A stretch of 64,000 nucleotides of DNA from an uncultured virus (IMG/VR IMGVR_UViG_3300029286_002633) (Duplodnaviria > Heunggongvirae > Uroviricota > Caudoviricetes), in the IMG/VR virus record IMGVR_UViG_3300029286_002633; one strand, 5' to 3'. Of this stretch, positions 47,236-58,085 are shown one piece after another. Position numbers and translations under genes: made by a program. Every line of letters starts with the position of its first letter. Positions within the stretch are counted from its first letter, which is position 1. The notes under the pieces were generated by a model. It saw nothing but the letters and a program-made list of their open reading frames with translations. It was not told where the DNA came from and ran no database searches.

Positions 47236-48429
47236 ATGTTAGGAAACGAAGTGTTATTGTTTGGTATGCTTGGAGTGTTCACTTCTGCGTTCATATCATA
47301 TTACATCGCTGGCATGAAGAAACCAATCACGGTAATCCTCTGTTCATTCCAAGGCGCATTCACCGGATGGCTTGCTGGAATGATGTGGGTATACCTCACC
47401 GGTGGTCTTGAGGTCACGCTTTATGCTCTTGTCATGCCTGTGCTGATATCCGGTTTTGTCACGCTTTTAATATTACAACGCCTCCCCATTGGGACAGAGT
47501 GGTCATCCACTGGAAAAGGCACGACGATATTAGCGGGTGGTGCATTTTTAGTCATCATTTTTTTCGTCGCCTTTTCATCTGTCCCCGCGACATATACATC
47601 AGGGGTCAATACAGAATCATTCTCTGTTCAAACACTTGATTACAGTCCAACCCCTGAGGTGGTTTCACAGGTATATGAGAACGGCATCTCAGTTCAATCA
47701 GTCCCAATCGTCATAGAGACATCTAAATCATCTGTGGATTTCTTAACAATGTCCGAGGATGCCACGCCAGGTTCATCGCTTACTTTCAAGATATTTTTCA
47801 CACCAGAGGCACATTGGACGAAACCGTACATCACCGTAGCAGTATATTCTGATACAGATAACAATGGAAAACTCAGCGTTGGCGATATCATGTGGTCTGA
47901 TGCGAATTACCAGGTCGGGACTATGTTTTCAAACTGGAGAACCAACTGTCTTTATACGAACGGGGTAGCAACATACAGCATGCAATCAAACGATGGGGAG
48001 CCTCTCCCGATTTTCCATGCGAATCAACTCTCAAAAACAAAAAACGATGCTAATGTTCAATTTCTTAATGCAATGGGATATGCGCCTCAGAATGACATGC
48101 TCACATGGGAAAACGGTGTATTGACGGAACAGGTCATAGAATATGCGAACATCGCACCAGGGCAGACATCAACGATACAAGGTAAAATATATTGTCCATC
48201 GGGTGCAACACAAAACAACATCATTGTCGTCAAAGCATACAGCGCTGATTTGACAGACCCATTCGCAAAAGGTCAGCCATGTGTCGCTGAACAGACTGTT
48301 CCGTTCACTGTCTCAGCGTCTGCTGCTGAAGTAACGGTAATGGGAATGCCTTTAGTCTATATCCTCATCGGGCTTGGTGCATTAGTCGGCATAACCGTCT
48401 ATTACACGAAAAAAGAGGGGATGTTCTAA
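47236..48429 (+). CDS. membrane protein: 4 N-terminal TM, ectodomain, C-terminal TM
   Basis: Hydropathy; DTDNNGKL Ca-loop-like motif. Confidence 0.8.
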   Translation: MLGNEVLLFGMLGVFTSAFISYYIAGMKKPITVILCSFQGAFTGWLAGMMWVYLTGGLEVTLYALVMPVLISGFVTLLILQRLPIGTEWSSTGKGTTILAGGAFLVIIFFVAFSSVPATYTSGVNTESFSVQTLDYSPTPEVVSQVYENGISVQSVPIVIETSKSSVDFLTMSEDATPGSSLTFKIFFTPEAHWTKPYITVAVYSDTDNNGKLSVGDIMWSDANYQVGTMFSNWRTNCLYTNGVATYSMQSNDGEPLPIFHANQLSKTKNDANVQFLNAMGYAPQNDMLTWENGVLTEQVIEYANIAPGQTSTIQGKIYCPSGATQNNIIVVKAYSADLTDPFAKGQPCVAEQTVPFTVSASAAEVTVMGMPLVYILIGLGALVGITVYYTKKEGMF

Positions 48430-48430
48430 A

Positions 48431-48682
48431 ATGGATTTCCCAAATTTCAAGGATATGAAATGTCTTGGGACCTCGGCAAAATGTTTGATTACAATGCTGT
48501 TGGTGTTCTATGTTATTTCACCGATTGACCTTCTACCAGAGGCGGTGCTTGGTCCGATTGGCTTGATTGATGATTTCTTTGCGATATTGATGATTTTTGG
48601 GATAAATTCAACGACAGCATTTAGTGCATTACGCGAAGTGTTCCCAACTGCTAACATATACAGGAAAAAACTCTATAAGTGA
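48431..48682 (+). CDS. YkvA/DUF1232 family membrane protein
   Basis: YVISPIDLLPE...IGLIDD. Confidence 0.8.
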   Translation: MDFPNFKDMKCLGTSAKCLITMLLVFYVISPIDLLPEAVLGPIGLIDDFFAILMIFGINSTTAFSALREVFPTANIYRKKLYK

Positions 48683-48687
48683 TTCAT

Positions 48688-50052
48688 ATGGATAAAAACA
48701 ATGAAAAGAAATATCATTATGCTGGTGCCGGTATCATCATAGTCTCAGTTGTTCTCATGCTTTTTTCATCAGGGGGCATAGCGAACCTTTCACAGAACCT
48801 TGGCATACAATCAACAGACCCTTCTTTGAAGATACTTTCAACAGAGCCTCTCACGGGCACTGTTCAAGTCATCATAGAGTTAAATGTTGTAGGTGTCCAG
48901 GCACAGGATATCTTCGTCCAAGATATACAGACGATGGGTGGCATAATCGACGGTCAAATATATACACTCGATAACTCGATTCTGACGACCATAGACGCAT
49001 CGAAACTTGAGACACTGGCAATGAACCCAAGTGTCATGAGAATCATTCCAAACACGGATGTATGGTTCTCACCGCAAGATGTAGCGGTACAAAGTGCTTA
49101 CGCCGATAATCGCTATCAATTGCTTAATGTTGAACCAATGTGGACTCAAGGATACACTGGGAACGGTGTTGTTGTCGCAGTTGTTGACACGGGAATCAAT
49201 TCACAGTTATCATGTTTCCAGCGTGACGGCAAAAGCATCGTCATCGACAGCCTGCAACTCTACGGAGAGTATGTCATGTGGCATGGGACGGCTGTAGCCA
49301 GTTGTGTCGTATCGCAAGACGCTTCACGGAAAGGAATAGCCTATGGTGCCCAGTTACTTAATGTTGAGGTATTCAAACCCGGTGGTGCAGCAGAGATATG
49401 GGGCGTTAAAAAAGGATGGGACTGGGTCGCACAATGGAAACAGACTCATCAAAATACACCATTGGTCTGCGTCAATTCAATAGGGGCAGACCCGCGTTCA
49501 AATCCTGGGGCAACGCTTCTTAACGCATATGCATCAAACATGGTGAACAAATATAATATACCGATGATTGTCGCGGCAGGAAACGGAGGACCGGGCATTG
49601 TTTACTGCCCTGGACAATCCGCAGATGTCCTCACGGTCGGAGCGGTTGACTCCAATGGTCTCATCGCATCATTCTCATGCAGTTACGGACCAAAACCAGA
49701 TGTAGTGGCACCAGGCGTAGACATCAATATGGTTGATTCATCAGGTTCACCAAGGGCAGCAAGCGGGACAAGTTTCTCAACACCACTGACCGCAGGTGTC
49801 GCCGCACTTGTTCTACAAGCACATCCTGGTTACTCCGCAAAACAAGTACAAAATGCGATAAGAGACAGCGCTCATTCCGTCCAATCACAATCAGCATACG
49901 GTGAAGGTCTTGTGGATGCTGTAGGAGCCGTTAAAGCAGCACCGGGCATATCATTCGGTTCATCATCAGGCACGCCAGACCTCATGTTTATAGCCCTTAT
50001 CGGCATTGGAGCCGTCGTCTTCTTCATCCCCACTATACGAAAGAGAAAATAA
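48688..50052 (+). CDS. membrane-anchored subtilisin (S8) protease
   Basis: VAVVDTG, HGTAVA, AAGN, SGTSFSTP; propeptide; N- and C-terminal TM. Confidence 0.95.
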   Translation: MDKNNEKKYHYAGAGIIIVSVVLMLFSSGGIANLSQNLGIQSTDPSLKILSTEPLTGTVQVIIELNVVGVQAQDIFVQDIQTMGGIIDGQIYTLDNSILTTIDASKLETLAMNPSVMRIIPNTDVWFSPQDVAVQSAYADNRYQLLNVEPMWTQGYTGNGVVVAVVDTGINSQLSCFQRDGKSIVIDSLQLYGEYVMWHGTAVASCVVSQDASRKGIAYGAQLLNVEVFKPGGAAEIWGVKKGWDWVAQWKQTHQNTPLVCVNSIGADPRSNPGATLLNAYASNMVNKYNIPMIVAAGNGGPGIVYCPGQSADVLTVGAVDSNGLIASFSCSYGPKPDVVAPGVDINMVDSSGSPRAASGTSFSTPLTAGVAALVLQAHPGYSAKQVQNAIRDSAHSVQSQSAYGEGLVDAVGAVKAAPGISFGSSSGTPDLMFIALIGIGAVVFFIPTIRKRK

Positions 50053-50053
50053 A

Positions 50054-50434
50054 ATGGCGAACAATAACTTAACCATCGAACAAAAACTATTGCCAGGTGT
50101 ATTTTCCCTTCTGTTTCTTCTTATTTATTATTCAATAAGAGCGACACCGGATGCTTTCTACACGTGGCTGGGAGAAACACTGATAGTCTACGCCGCATGG
50201 TTCTTTCTACTCGGTGCAGTAATCCACATGATTATAGAAAGAGAATTTGAACAAAAATATATTTTAACAATGTGCATCGGGGGGATAGCACTCATCCTTA
50301 ATCTTATTCTCTTCAAAACAACACTTGAACAACTCTTCGTTAACTTACTTGAAGCAACCGTCATCTACTCTGTTCTCATCACCATCTACGGTACGATGAA
50401 GGATAAAATCAACAAGAAATGGTACGAAAAATAG
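50054..50434 (+). CDS. 4-TM membrane protein
   Basis: Hydrophobic helices. Confidence 0.75.
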   Translation: MANNNLTIEQKLLPGVFSLLFLLIYYSIRATPDAFYTWLGETLIVYAAWFFLLGAVIHMIIEREFEQKYILTMCIGGIALILNLILFKTTLEQLFVNLLEATVIYSVLITIYGTMKDKINKKWYEK

Positions 50435-50439
50435 ATTTC

Positions 50440-50469
50440 TGTATACCTATTTGTCGCAACCTATATAAA
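50440..50469 (+). promoter_or_regulatory. element promoter motif copy
   Basis: TGTATACCTATTTGTCGCA with TATATAA at +22. Confidence 0.8.
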
Positions 50470-50489
50470 ATTGCAAGCCTTTTCTAACT

Positions 50490-50951
50490 GTGATGGTTAT
50501 GAAAAACCAAGTAATAACAATGGAAAAACCATGGGTTCTGCTCGTGTTCGTGCTGATGGTGCTCAGTACAATAGTAGCACTCACGACCGCGTTTGGAATC
50601 GCAGGCAACCCACTCAACGGCTATATAGCAAACCCAACGTCATTGCTGGTACCCGGTGCAACCGGCGCATCTGCGACTGGCGCTCTGGATGTAATGGCTT
50701 TGCTATTGCTCGCCCTCGATGTGATAATCCTTTATGGGTTGTCGCAGGGACACGTTTGGAGTTGGTACCTACTGTTCTTTGTGACAGTAGCATCAATAGT
50801 AGTATCCCTAGTCGGGGTAATATCTGGCTCAGCGATTAATTTCATACCGCTGTTAGTCAACGTGGTAATGCTTGCGGCACTTGTAAAGAAAGAGGTCATA
50901 AATGAATATCAACCGGACCTCAAGATTTTACCAGCCGATGGGCTTTGGTAA
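50490..50951 (+). CDS. 4-TM membrane protein
   Basis: Hydrophobic helices; YGL..G..WSW. Confidence 0.75.
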   Translation: MMVMKNQVITMEKPWVLLVFVLMVLSTIVALTTAFGIAGNPLNGYIANPTSLLVPGATGASATGALDVMALLLLALDVIILYGLSQGHVWSWYLLFFVTVASIVVSLVGVISGSAINFIPLLVNVVMLAALVKKEVINEYQPDLKILPADGLW

Positions 50952-50974
50952 AACAAGTACCCGTAACACATTGA

Positions 50975-51003
50975 GGGGCGGAATGCCCCGATATTCTTTT
51001 CTT
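50975..51003 (+). terminator. hairpin + T-rich tract
   Basis: GGGGC-GGAAT-GCCCC then TTCTTTTCTT. Confidence 0.5.
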
Positions 51004-51024
51004 ATGCTGTTTTCTCCTCTAAGA

Positions 51025-51054
51025 TGTATACTGTTTTGCAATTAAGTATTTAAT
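51025..51054 (+). promoter_or_regulatory. element promoter motif copy
   Basis: TGTATACTGTTTTG with TATTTAA at +22. Confidence 0.75.
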
Positions 51055-51073
51055 AATAACAAGCTATTCTTTT

Positions 51074-51184
51074 ATGGACATAATGAAAAAGACCATTGCG
51101 GCGATAGTTTCATCTTTAGTTTTACTTTTACCATTATTCAAAAACATGAGTATTGCTCTTGCCATTATAACGGTATTGAAATGA
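51074..51184 (+). CDS. 36-aa hydrophobic microprotein
   Basis: Leaderless after the motif promoter; ATGA-coupled to the giant gene. Confidence 0.45.
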   Translation: MDIMKKTIAAIVSSLVLLLPLFKNMSIALAIITVLK

Positions 51185-54100
51185 AAAAAATAAAAGAAAT
51201 AAAAATGGAATGCAATAGATTCAAATCTATTTTTGTCGTTCTGCTTTTAATTGCTACTGCATTCTTTGTGTCAATTCCAATAATGCCAATTGTCAATGCG
51301 TCAGGAAATTATTTCGTTTCGACTTGGGATACAACAAAGACGAGCAGTGGTTCGAGCAGTAATAATCAGATAAAATTGCCATTGTACAATGGAGGGACAT
51401 ACGATTTTATCGTTAGATGGGGTGATGGAACCCAGAGCGTCATAAAAGCATGGAACCAGGCGAATGTGACACATACGTACGGAGCCTCCGGTGTGAAGAC
51501 GTTAAATATCTCTGGAACAATCAACGGTTGGCGTTTCAACAATGGTGGGGACCGACTGAAGATAAGTGATATAACCTCATGGGGACCTTTGCTTGTCGGC
51601 AACAACAATGGTTATTTCTATGGATGCGCTAATCTTGTCTGCACAGCAACGGATGTCCTTGATTTGACAGGAACAACAACTCTGCAAAATATGTTCTATG
51701 GGGCGACTGCATTCAATGGAACCATTGGAAATTGGGACACTGCAAACGTCACGAACATGGCTAGTATGTTCAGGTCAGCGACAAACTTCAATAGGAATAT
51801 CTCTGGATGGAACACTGGGAAAGTGACTACGATGGCAAGTATGTTCCAATCAGCGACAAACTTCAATCAAACGATAGGTGCGTGGAATACCGCCAACGTC
51901 ACTACCATGGCAAATATGTTCCAATCAGCGACGAACTTCAATAGGAATATCTCTGGATGGAACACTGGGAAAGTGACTACGATGGCAAGTATGTTCCAAT
52001 CAGCGACAAAGTTCAATGTAAATATCTCTGGATGGAACACTGGGAAAGTCACTACGATGGCAAGTATGTTCCAATCAGCGACAAAGTTCAATCATCCGAT
52101 AGGTACCTGGGATGTATATAATGTCACCACCATGGGCAGTATGTTTAATGGTGCTACTGTTTTCAATCAGTCTATTGATGACTGGAATACCTATAATCTT
52201 AAAACAATGTCCAGTATGTTTGCGAGTGCCACCTCATACAATAAACCAATGAATTCCTGGGACACTCACAGCGTTACTGCAATTGATGGTTTATTTTATG
52301 GTGCAACAAAATTCAACCAGCCACTTAATAATTGGAATGTCAGTAGTACAACAAACTTTCAGAGCACTTTTAGAAATGCAAGGGCATTCAATGGTGATAT
52401 TACTTCTTGGAATGTCGGCAAGGTGACAAATTGGCAGTGGGCTTTCACCGGTGCTTGGGCGTTCAATCAACCCATTGGTGGATGGAACATGGGTAGTGCC
52501 ACTAATATGTTATATGCTTTCCAGGATTGTCAATCCTTTAATCAGAATTTATCAAGTTGGAATACGGGCAAGATGTCCAATATGGCAAATATGTTTCGTG
52601 GTGCTACTGTATTCAATGGAGACATACGTAATTGGAATACGTCAAGTGCCACCACCATGGCGTATATGTTCGCTGAAACATCTTTTAATCAACCGATAGG
52701 AAATTGGAATACCAGCAAGGTCACAACCATGAATAATATGTTCCAATATAGTTCATTTGACCAGAATATAGGAGATTGGGACATAGACTCTGTTACAAGT
52801 ATGGCTGGAATGTTCACAGGAGTGACTTTATCCACAGCGAACTACAATGCACTTCTCATCGGATGGGCGGCTCAGGATGTGAGAACCGGAGTGAGTTTAG
52901 GCGCTGGCACTTCAAAGTATAGTCCAATGGACCATCCCGCAAGTGTCGCCAGAGCACACCTCGTTACTGCTCACGGGTGGGTCATCACTGATGGCGGACC
53001 GGATAGTCAACGAGCGCCGCAAAACCCTCTCTGTCAAGGGCAGATAAATCCGATTAAGATAACATCGACTACACCGACGTTCAGTTGGACGTTCATCGAC
53101 CCAGACCCCGGAAACACACAAGGTGGCTATAACATCCGTGTAGGCACAACAGCCAATAGTGGAGATATGTGGAACACTACTGTTACCAGTGCATCTCAAT
53201 CTGTCATCTATGCTGGTTCAACCCTCTCACGTGGTGTGACGTATCATTGGTCAGTACGGACGAACGCTACGTATAACAGCACCACGATGGGACCGTATTG
53301 CGGAGACCAGACCTTCGAGATAAATGCTTATGCTGTTGCGACACCTGCTGCACCATCAAACAATACTACAGGACAAAACCTCTATGCAACAGTTTCCTGG
53401 ACATACTATGACACAGAAAGCGCGACACAGACCGCTTATCATCTTCTCATTGATGATGACTCAGCGTTCGGTTCACCTGCGGTGAATGTCAATGTTACAA
53501 GCACTGCGGTTGAATACACGTGCACATCTCCTCTGGTCAACAACACGATTTATTACTGGAAAGTCAAGGTTAAAGACGACGTCCAATGGGGTGCATACAG
53601 CACTCGCTGGCAGTTCAAGACAACCAACCTTTCCGTATGGGGCATCACTACATTTAACTCAGGTTATGTTAAAACATCAGCGTTCAACGTCAACCAGAAA
53701 GTCGTCATCCAATACAACGTCACAAACATCATCGGCACGAACAACACCTACATCACCATCACCGACCCGAAAGGCACAAAACAGGTCGACCATCAAGGAG
53801 TAGCATCATTACAGGAGAACTTCACGACAGAAACAAGATGGCTTGATGATGTCAACAACCAATGGAACGTCGCCACTGATTTCTATGTCTCGTCCCCTAA
53901 AGCCTATCAGCATGGACGAAACGGTGGTTCCAGCCGCTATGGAACATACACACTACTCAATACAACATATCTTGCGAACCAATCCGATGCCACAATCCAA
54001 GTAAACATCTACGTCGATTACAGCGGTGAGGATATGCAACGGCTGTTCCTCCGATGGAAAGATGCAAACAACTACGTCTGCGCCTATATGTCTACGGTTT

Positions 54101-57100
54101 ATTCCGTCATCGGCATCGAAGAAAAAGTCGCCGGTGTCAGATACTTCACAGAGACATCCCATCTTTTCTCACAGGACACCTGGTATACAATGAAATTTGC
54201 ATTATCCGGGACAACCGCATCCGTCTACATCAACAACGCATGGATGCTCACCAAAACCCATCTCGTTACAACAGGTAGCGGACGCATGGGAATCGGCACT
54301 GACACCGGATGGATTTATTTCGATGATTTCTCCGTAGGGTATCCGAACTCACGTGTAGTGAAAGCAATCACAAACGGCTATCAATACGAGTTCAACTACA
54401 CTACACCATCAGACATCTCACTCGCCGGAGTATGGACAATCGACGCAACAGCAGAGCAACTCGGACAGACTGCGACAAACACCTCGACCTTCACCATCTA
54501 CACAACATACCCATATATCAACGACATCACGACATACAACAATTCATACTTCCCACAAACCATCTTCTACAACGGCAACCAAGTAGTCATCCGCACACAA
54601 GTCACTGATTATTACGGGCGAACAGCCATCACCAACTGCAACATCACTATAAAAAACCCCTTGGGGACAACAAAAATCAACAAGGTCGAGATGTCGCATA
54701 TTGGCAACATCACCAACGGATATCTCTATGAGTACAACTATACAATACCGACAGAGACAGCATCGCAGGGGACATGGAACATCACCGTCAATGCAAAAAA
54801 CAACCGTTCAGGGGTAGCATCAAAAACACAATATTTCATTGATTATCTCGGAGCACCAGAGGTCTCCATTAAAACATATGATGAATATTCAAATGAAAAA
54901 ACCTTATTTTCCTTAAACGAACAGGTAATAATCAAAGCCACTGTAACAGACGTCAACGGTGCATCCAACATCACCTCTTGCAACATCACCATTTATGCAC
55001 CGAACGGTACTAAAAAAATCACCAATGCGACAATGAACTGGATAGGTAACGTCACGAACGGTAAAATCTACAGTTATACCTATCTGCCACCCACCCTCAA
55101 TACCTTTGGGACATGGGCAGTAACAATACGGGCGAAAGACTACCACTATACCACAGCGGGTGTTTCTCATTTCATCCTCGAATGGGCAGACACCAACTAC
55201 TATCATCGAGAGAAATTAACACTGATAGAACAATTCAACATTGACAGGACACACGAACTCATGGGATTCTCCGTGACCTTACCAACGAACGTCTGCGGCG
55301 GGAACAACACCATCAAAATCGTCAACGAACGAGGAGAGACCATGCCTTTTTCAATCCTGAAGAAATCAGGTACCACTTACTATGTAGGTTACGTGACAAA
55401 CATCAGTGCCAGCGCCGTGCTTGACTATTACATCTACTACAACATAACCGGAACAACACCATCGTTGTATACACCATTCACTAATGCCGCTTACAATAAC
55501 CTCACCTTACACGAATCAAATTACACGCAGGTCTATGCACCGACCACACAGAACATCACACAGGGGAAATCCATCTGCCTCTATGATATCGACAACGATG
55601 GAAAAAAGGAGATAATCTGGGCTGGAAGAACAGGACCAGCATTGAAAAACAAAGGTTTCCTTGCCATTTACAACACCACCTGGACCTCAACAGGAATCTG
55701 CAACCTGCATCAACTCGCCTATACTGAATGGAACAACACGGACAACACAGGGGAGGCGTTCGCCTATACTGTCAATATATCAGATGTAGATAACGATGGG
55801 ATACCTGAAATCATCACCGGAGGCACATCATACAGTGGTGTTAAGAACAAGGCTCAACTCCGCATCTGGAATTACACCAGCGGGTCTATTCATCTTGAAA
55901 AAGAGAGCGTCTGGTATGATATGACCGCAGGAGACACGGTCATCTACGGGATTGTCTGCAAGGATGCTGACGGTGATGGAAACAAAGAGATATTAACCGC
56001 AGGCACCACAGGGACGAACAACGCCCGTGGACAATTCGGAGTCCACCGGTATCTCTCCGGCACACTCACCCATGTTTATTTTGCGAATTACAGCATCTAC
56101 CCGACCGCAGGACGCAACTGGACAGAGTTCAACAGCATCCTCGTTGGCGATATTTATACGACAGGCGGTGTGCAAGTCGCTATCGGCGGTGAGGGTTTCG
56201 ATTCAAGCGGTGTCATCAACTCGGTCATCAACATCTATCGTTATTATTCTGGTGCCTGGCATCAGGATTGGACGAAGACATGGTATGATGGTCAACTATC
56301 AGAAGTTTTCTCTCTTTCATTGGGGAAGATAGACAATAGCGGTAAAAACAAGATGGTTGCGTCAGGGAACTACTTTGACGGCATAAGAGATATCGCGTTC
56401 TACAGGGTCTTTTATGCATCTGGAACTGGATATCCCGCCACAATGGTGGAAGATACCGGGGCGTACCAGAGTTGGTACATCAGCGGGTATTCATCAGCCC
56501 TCACCAACCTTGTCAGAGACATCAACAACGACGGGATGAACGACATCGTCACCGTAGGATTCCAGAACAACCAGGTCATTGATAGCGGTGATTATAAGAT
56601 ACGACGCTACAATGGAGCAACAACCCTCCTTGAACACAATGAGATTTGGACAAGCCAATATGCCCGACGTAGCGGTGATTTCTTCGATGCCGCTCAAATC
56701 GGAGACCTGAACAACGATGGATTCAATGAACTCGTTGACACAGGTCGTTACGCCCTTACGCCACCAGCCGGTACTTACCTGCGTGTGCAAACCGTTGGTG
56801 GTGTAAGTCAAGAGGTAAGTTCTTTTCCTGTTTTGAATGGAACGCAAGATACGATGCCTCCGCAACCACCGACATCTTTTATAGTTGTAGCGAGAAATCA
56901 AACATCTCTTAACTTGAGTTGGACAAAACCAGCCTACGCGAATGGAACATTGATACGGTATAGCGATACCGCATATCCCTCAAGTATAACCGATGGGGGT
57001 TTTGCGTATAATGGTACTGGAGCCGCCTGCACAGTGACTGGTTTGAATGAGGGGACAATCTATTATTTCACTGCATGGTGTTGGAGAACAGGGAATTTCA

Positions 57101-58083
57101 CCTATTCGGTTTACGGGTCATTTACCACTGGAAAGACAAAACCAGAGGCGCCAACTATTACAACATCAAATTCTACTTCAAACCTAATTCAGTTGAACAT
57201 CATTAAAGGGGAAGGAGCAACACATACACGTATCCAACGGGGCGACTCTGCATATCCGAGCAGTATGACAGATGGCACAACTGTTTATAATGACACAGAA
57301 ACAATAACAGAGGATATTGGACTTAACCAATCACATACCTACTATTATCGTGCATGGTCATTTGATTCCAGTATTGATGATTGGTCGTTTACATATGAGG
57401 ATGCAACAGGAACAACAAAGCCAATGCCACCAAGTTCCGTGAGCACCAATGTCGATGTGGACTTCATCAATATCTCCTGGATAGCAGATGCCGGAGACTT
57501 CACCATCATCGTTAGAAATGAAAGCGGGTATGCTGGATATCCAACAAATTTCACAAACGGCACACTCATCTACAACGGGACGAATTTATATTATAAAGAT
57601 TCACCGCTTTCTACATTCACAAAATACTATTACACCATATGGACATATAATACTACCACTCATCTTTACTCCGACCCCGTCAACATAAACGCTACAACAA
57701 GTCCTACATCAATGAGTATCATTGTATCACCAAATTCAATAGACTACGGTAGTGTAATGATTGGGGAATCAGTCAAAACAACAGAACATCATTTCAACAT
57801 CACTAACCTTGGTATGGAATGCAACATAGACATTCAATGTGAAAATACTGAGAATTGGACATACGTTACTTATTCCAACATTGGTCATAATCAATACAGC
57901 ATGAACTGGTCAGATGACAACTGGACAGGAGAACACAACATACTGAACAGTGGGTCAAATATAATCATGGACCTGCTTTATGACCAAAACTTTTTATTTG
58001 ACTTGAAATACATCCTCCCAACATCATCAAGTACATTGAATCAGCAACATATGGCAATCACATTTATCGCCACTCCGAGTTAA
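51181..58083 (+). CDS. giant secreted adhesin: BspA/DUF285 repeats, FN3/Ig-like stalk, lectin-like domain, FG-GAP-like propeller, shared C-terminal domain
   Basis: Signal peptide; 25-aa FN..I..WNT..VT.M..MF repeats; D.DNDG..EI repeats. Confidence 0.9.
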   Translation: MKKIKEIKMECNRFKSIFVVLLLIATAFFVSIPIMPIVNASGNYFVSTWDTTKTSSGSSSNNQIKLPLYNGGTYDFIVRWGDGTQSVIKAWNQANVTHTYGASGVKTLNISGTINGWRFNNGGDRLKISDITSWGPLLVGNNNGYFYGCANLVCTATDVLDLTGTTTLQNMFYGATAFNGTIGNWDTANVTNMASMFRSATNFNRNISGWNTGKVTTMASMFQSATNFNQTIGAWNTANVTTMANMFQSATNFNRNISGWNTGKVTTMASMFQSATKFNVNISGWNTGKVTTMASMFQSATKFNHPIGTWDVYNVTTMGSMFNGATVFNQSIDDWNTYNLKTMSSMFASATSYNKPMNSWDTHSVTAIDGLFYGATKFNQPLNNWNVSSTTNFQSTFRNARAFNGDITSWNVGKVTNWQWAFTGAWAFNQPIGGWNMGSATNMLYAFQDCQSFNQNLSSWNTGKMSNMANMFRGATVFNGDIRNWNTSSATTMAYMFAETSFNQPIGNWNTSKVTTMNNMFQYSSFDQNIGDWDIDSVTSMAGMFTGVTLSTANYNALLIGWAAQDVRTGVSLGAGTSKYSPMDHPASVARAHLVTAHGWVITDGGPDSQRAPQNPLCQGQINPIKITSTTPTFSWTFIDPDPGNTQGGYNIRVGTTANSGDMWNTTVTSASQSVIYAGSTLSRGVTYHWSVRTNATYNSTTMGPYCGDQTFEINAYAVATPAAPSNNTTGQNLYATVSWTYYDTESATQTAYHLLIDDDSAFGSPAVNVNVTSTAVEYTCTSPLVNNTIYYWKVKVKDDVQWGAYSTRWQFKTTNLSVWGITTFNSGYVKTSAFNVNQKVVIQYNVTNIIGTNNTYITITDPKGTKQVDHQGVASLQENFTTETRWLDDVNNQWNVATDFYVSSPKAYQHGRNGGSSRYGTYTLLNTTYLANQSDATIQVNIYVDYSGEDMQRLFLRWKDANNYVCAYMSTVYSVIGIEEKVAGVRYFTETSHLFSQDTWYTMKFALSGTTASVYINNAWMLTKTHLVTTGSGRMGIGTDTGWIYFDDFSVGYPNSRVVKAITNGYQYEFNYTTPSDISLAGVWTIDATAEQLGQTATNTSTFTIYTTYPYINDITTYNNSYFPQTIFYNGNQVVIRTQVTDYYGRTAITNCNITIKNPLGTTKINKVEMSHIGNITNGYLYEYNYTIPTETASQGTWNITVNAKNNRSGVASKTQYFIDYLGAPEVSIKTYDEYSNEKTLFSLNEQVIIKATVTDVNGASNITSCNITIYAPNGTKKITNATMNWIGNVTNGKIYSYTYLPPTLNTFGTWAVTIRAKDYHYTTAGVSHFILEWADTNYYHREKLTLIEQFNIDRTHELMGFSVTLPTNVCGGNNTIKIVNERGETMPFSILKKSGTTYYVGYVTNISASAVLDYYIYYNITGTTPSLYTPFTNAAYNNLTLHESNYTQVYAPTTQNITQGKSICLYDIDNDGKKEIIWAGRTGPALKNKGFLAIYNTTWTSTGICNLHQLAYTEWNNTDNTGEAFAYTVNISDVDNDGIPEIITGGTSYSGVKNKAQLRIWNYTSGSIHLEKESVWYDMTAGDTVIYGIVCKDADGDGNKEILTAGTTGTNNARGQFGVHRYLSGTLTHVYFANYSIYPTAGRNWTEFNSILVGDIYTTGGVQVAIGGEGFDSSGVINSVINIYRYYSGAWHQDWTKTWYDGQLSEVFSLSLGKIDNSGKNKMVASGNYFDGIRDIAFYRVFYASGTGYPATMVEDTGAYQSWYISGYSSALTNLVRDINNDGMNDIVTVGFQNNQVIDSGDYKIRRYNGATTLLEHNEIWTSQYARRSGDFFDAAQIGDLNNDGFNELVDTGRYALTPPAGTYLRVQTVGGVSQEVSSFPVLNGTQDTMPPQPPTSFIVVARNQTSLNLSWTKPAYANGTLIRYSDTAYPSSITDGGFAYNGTGAACTVTGLNEGTIYYFTAWCWRTGNFTYSVYGSFTTGKTKPEAPTITTSNSTSNLIQLNIIKGEGATHTRIQRGDSAYPSSMTDGTTVYNDTETITEDIGLNQSHTYYYRAWSFDSSIDDWSFTYEDATGTTKPMPPSSVSTNVDVDFINISWIADAGDFTIIVRNESGYAGYPTNFTNGTLIYNGTNLYYKDSPLSTFTKYYYTIWTYNTTTHLYSDPVNINATTSPTSMSIIVSPNSIDYGSVMIGESVKTTEHHFNITNLGMECNIDIQCENTENWTYVTYSNIGHNQYSMNWSDDNWTGEHNILNSGSNIIMDLLYDQNFLFDLKYILPTSSSTLNQQHMAITFIATPS
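51775..52092 (+). repeat. near-identical 75/150-nt tandem repeats within the BspA region
   Basis: AATATCTCTGGATGGAACACTGGGAAAGT.ACTACGATGGCAAGTATGTTCCAATCAGCGACAAA occurs three times. Confidence 0.85.
53116..53258 (+). repeat. 143-nt exact repeat, copy 1 (copy 2 at 62449-62591)
   Basis: Identical by direct comparison. Confidence 0.9.
54307..54403 (+). repeat. 97-nt repeat, copy 1 (copy 2 at 63637-63733; 1 mismatch)
   Basis: Direct comparison. Confidence 0.9.
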
Positions 58084-58085
58084 TC

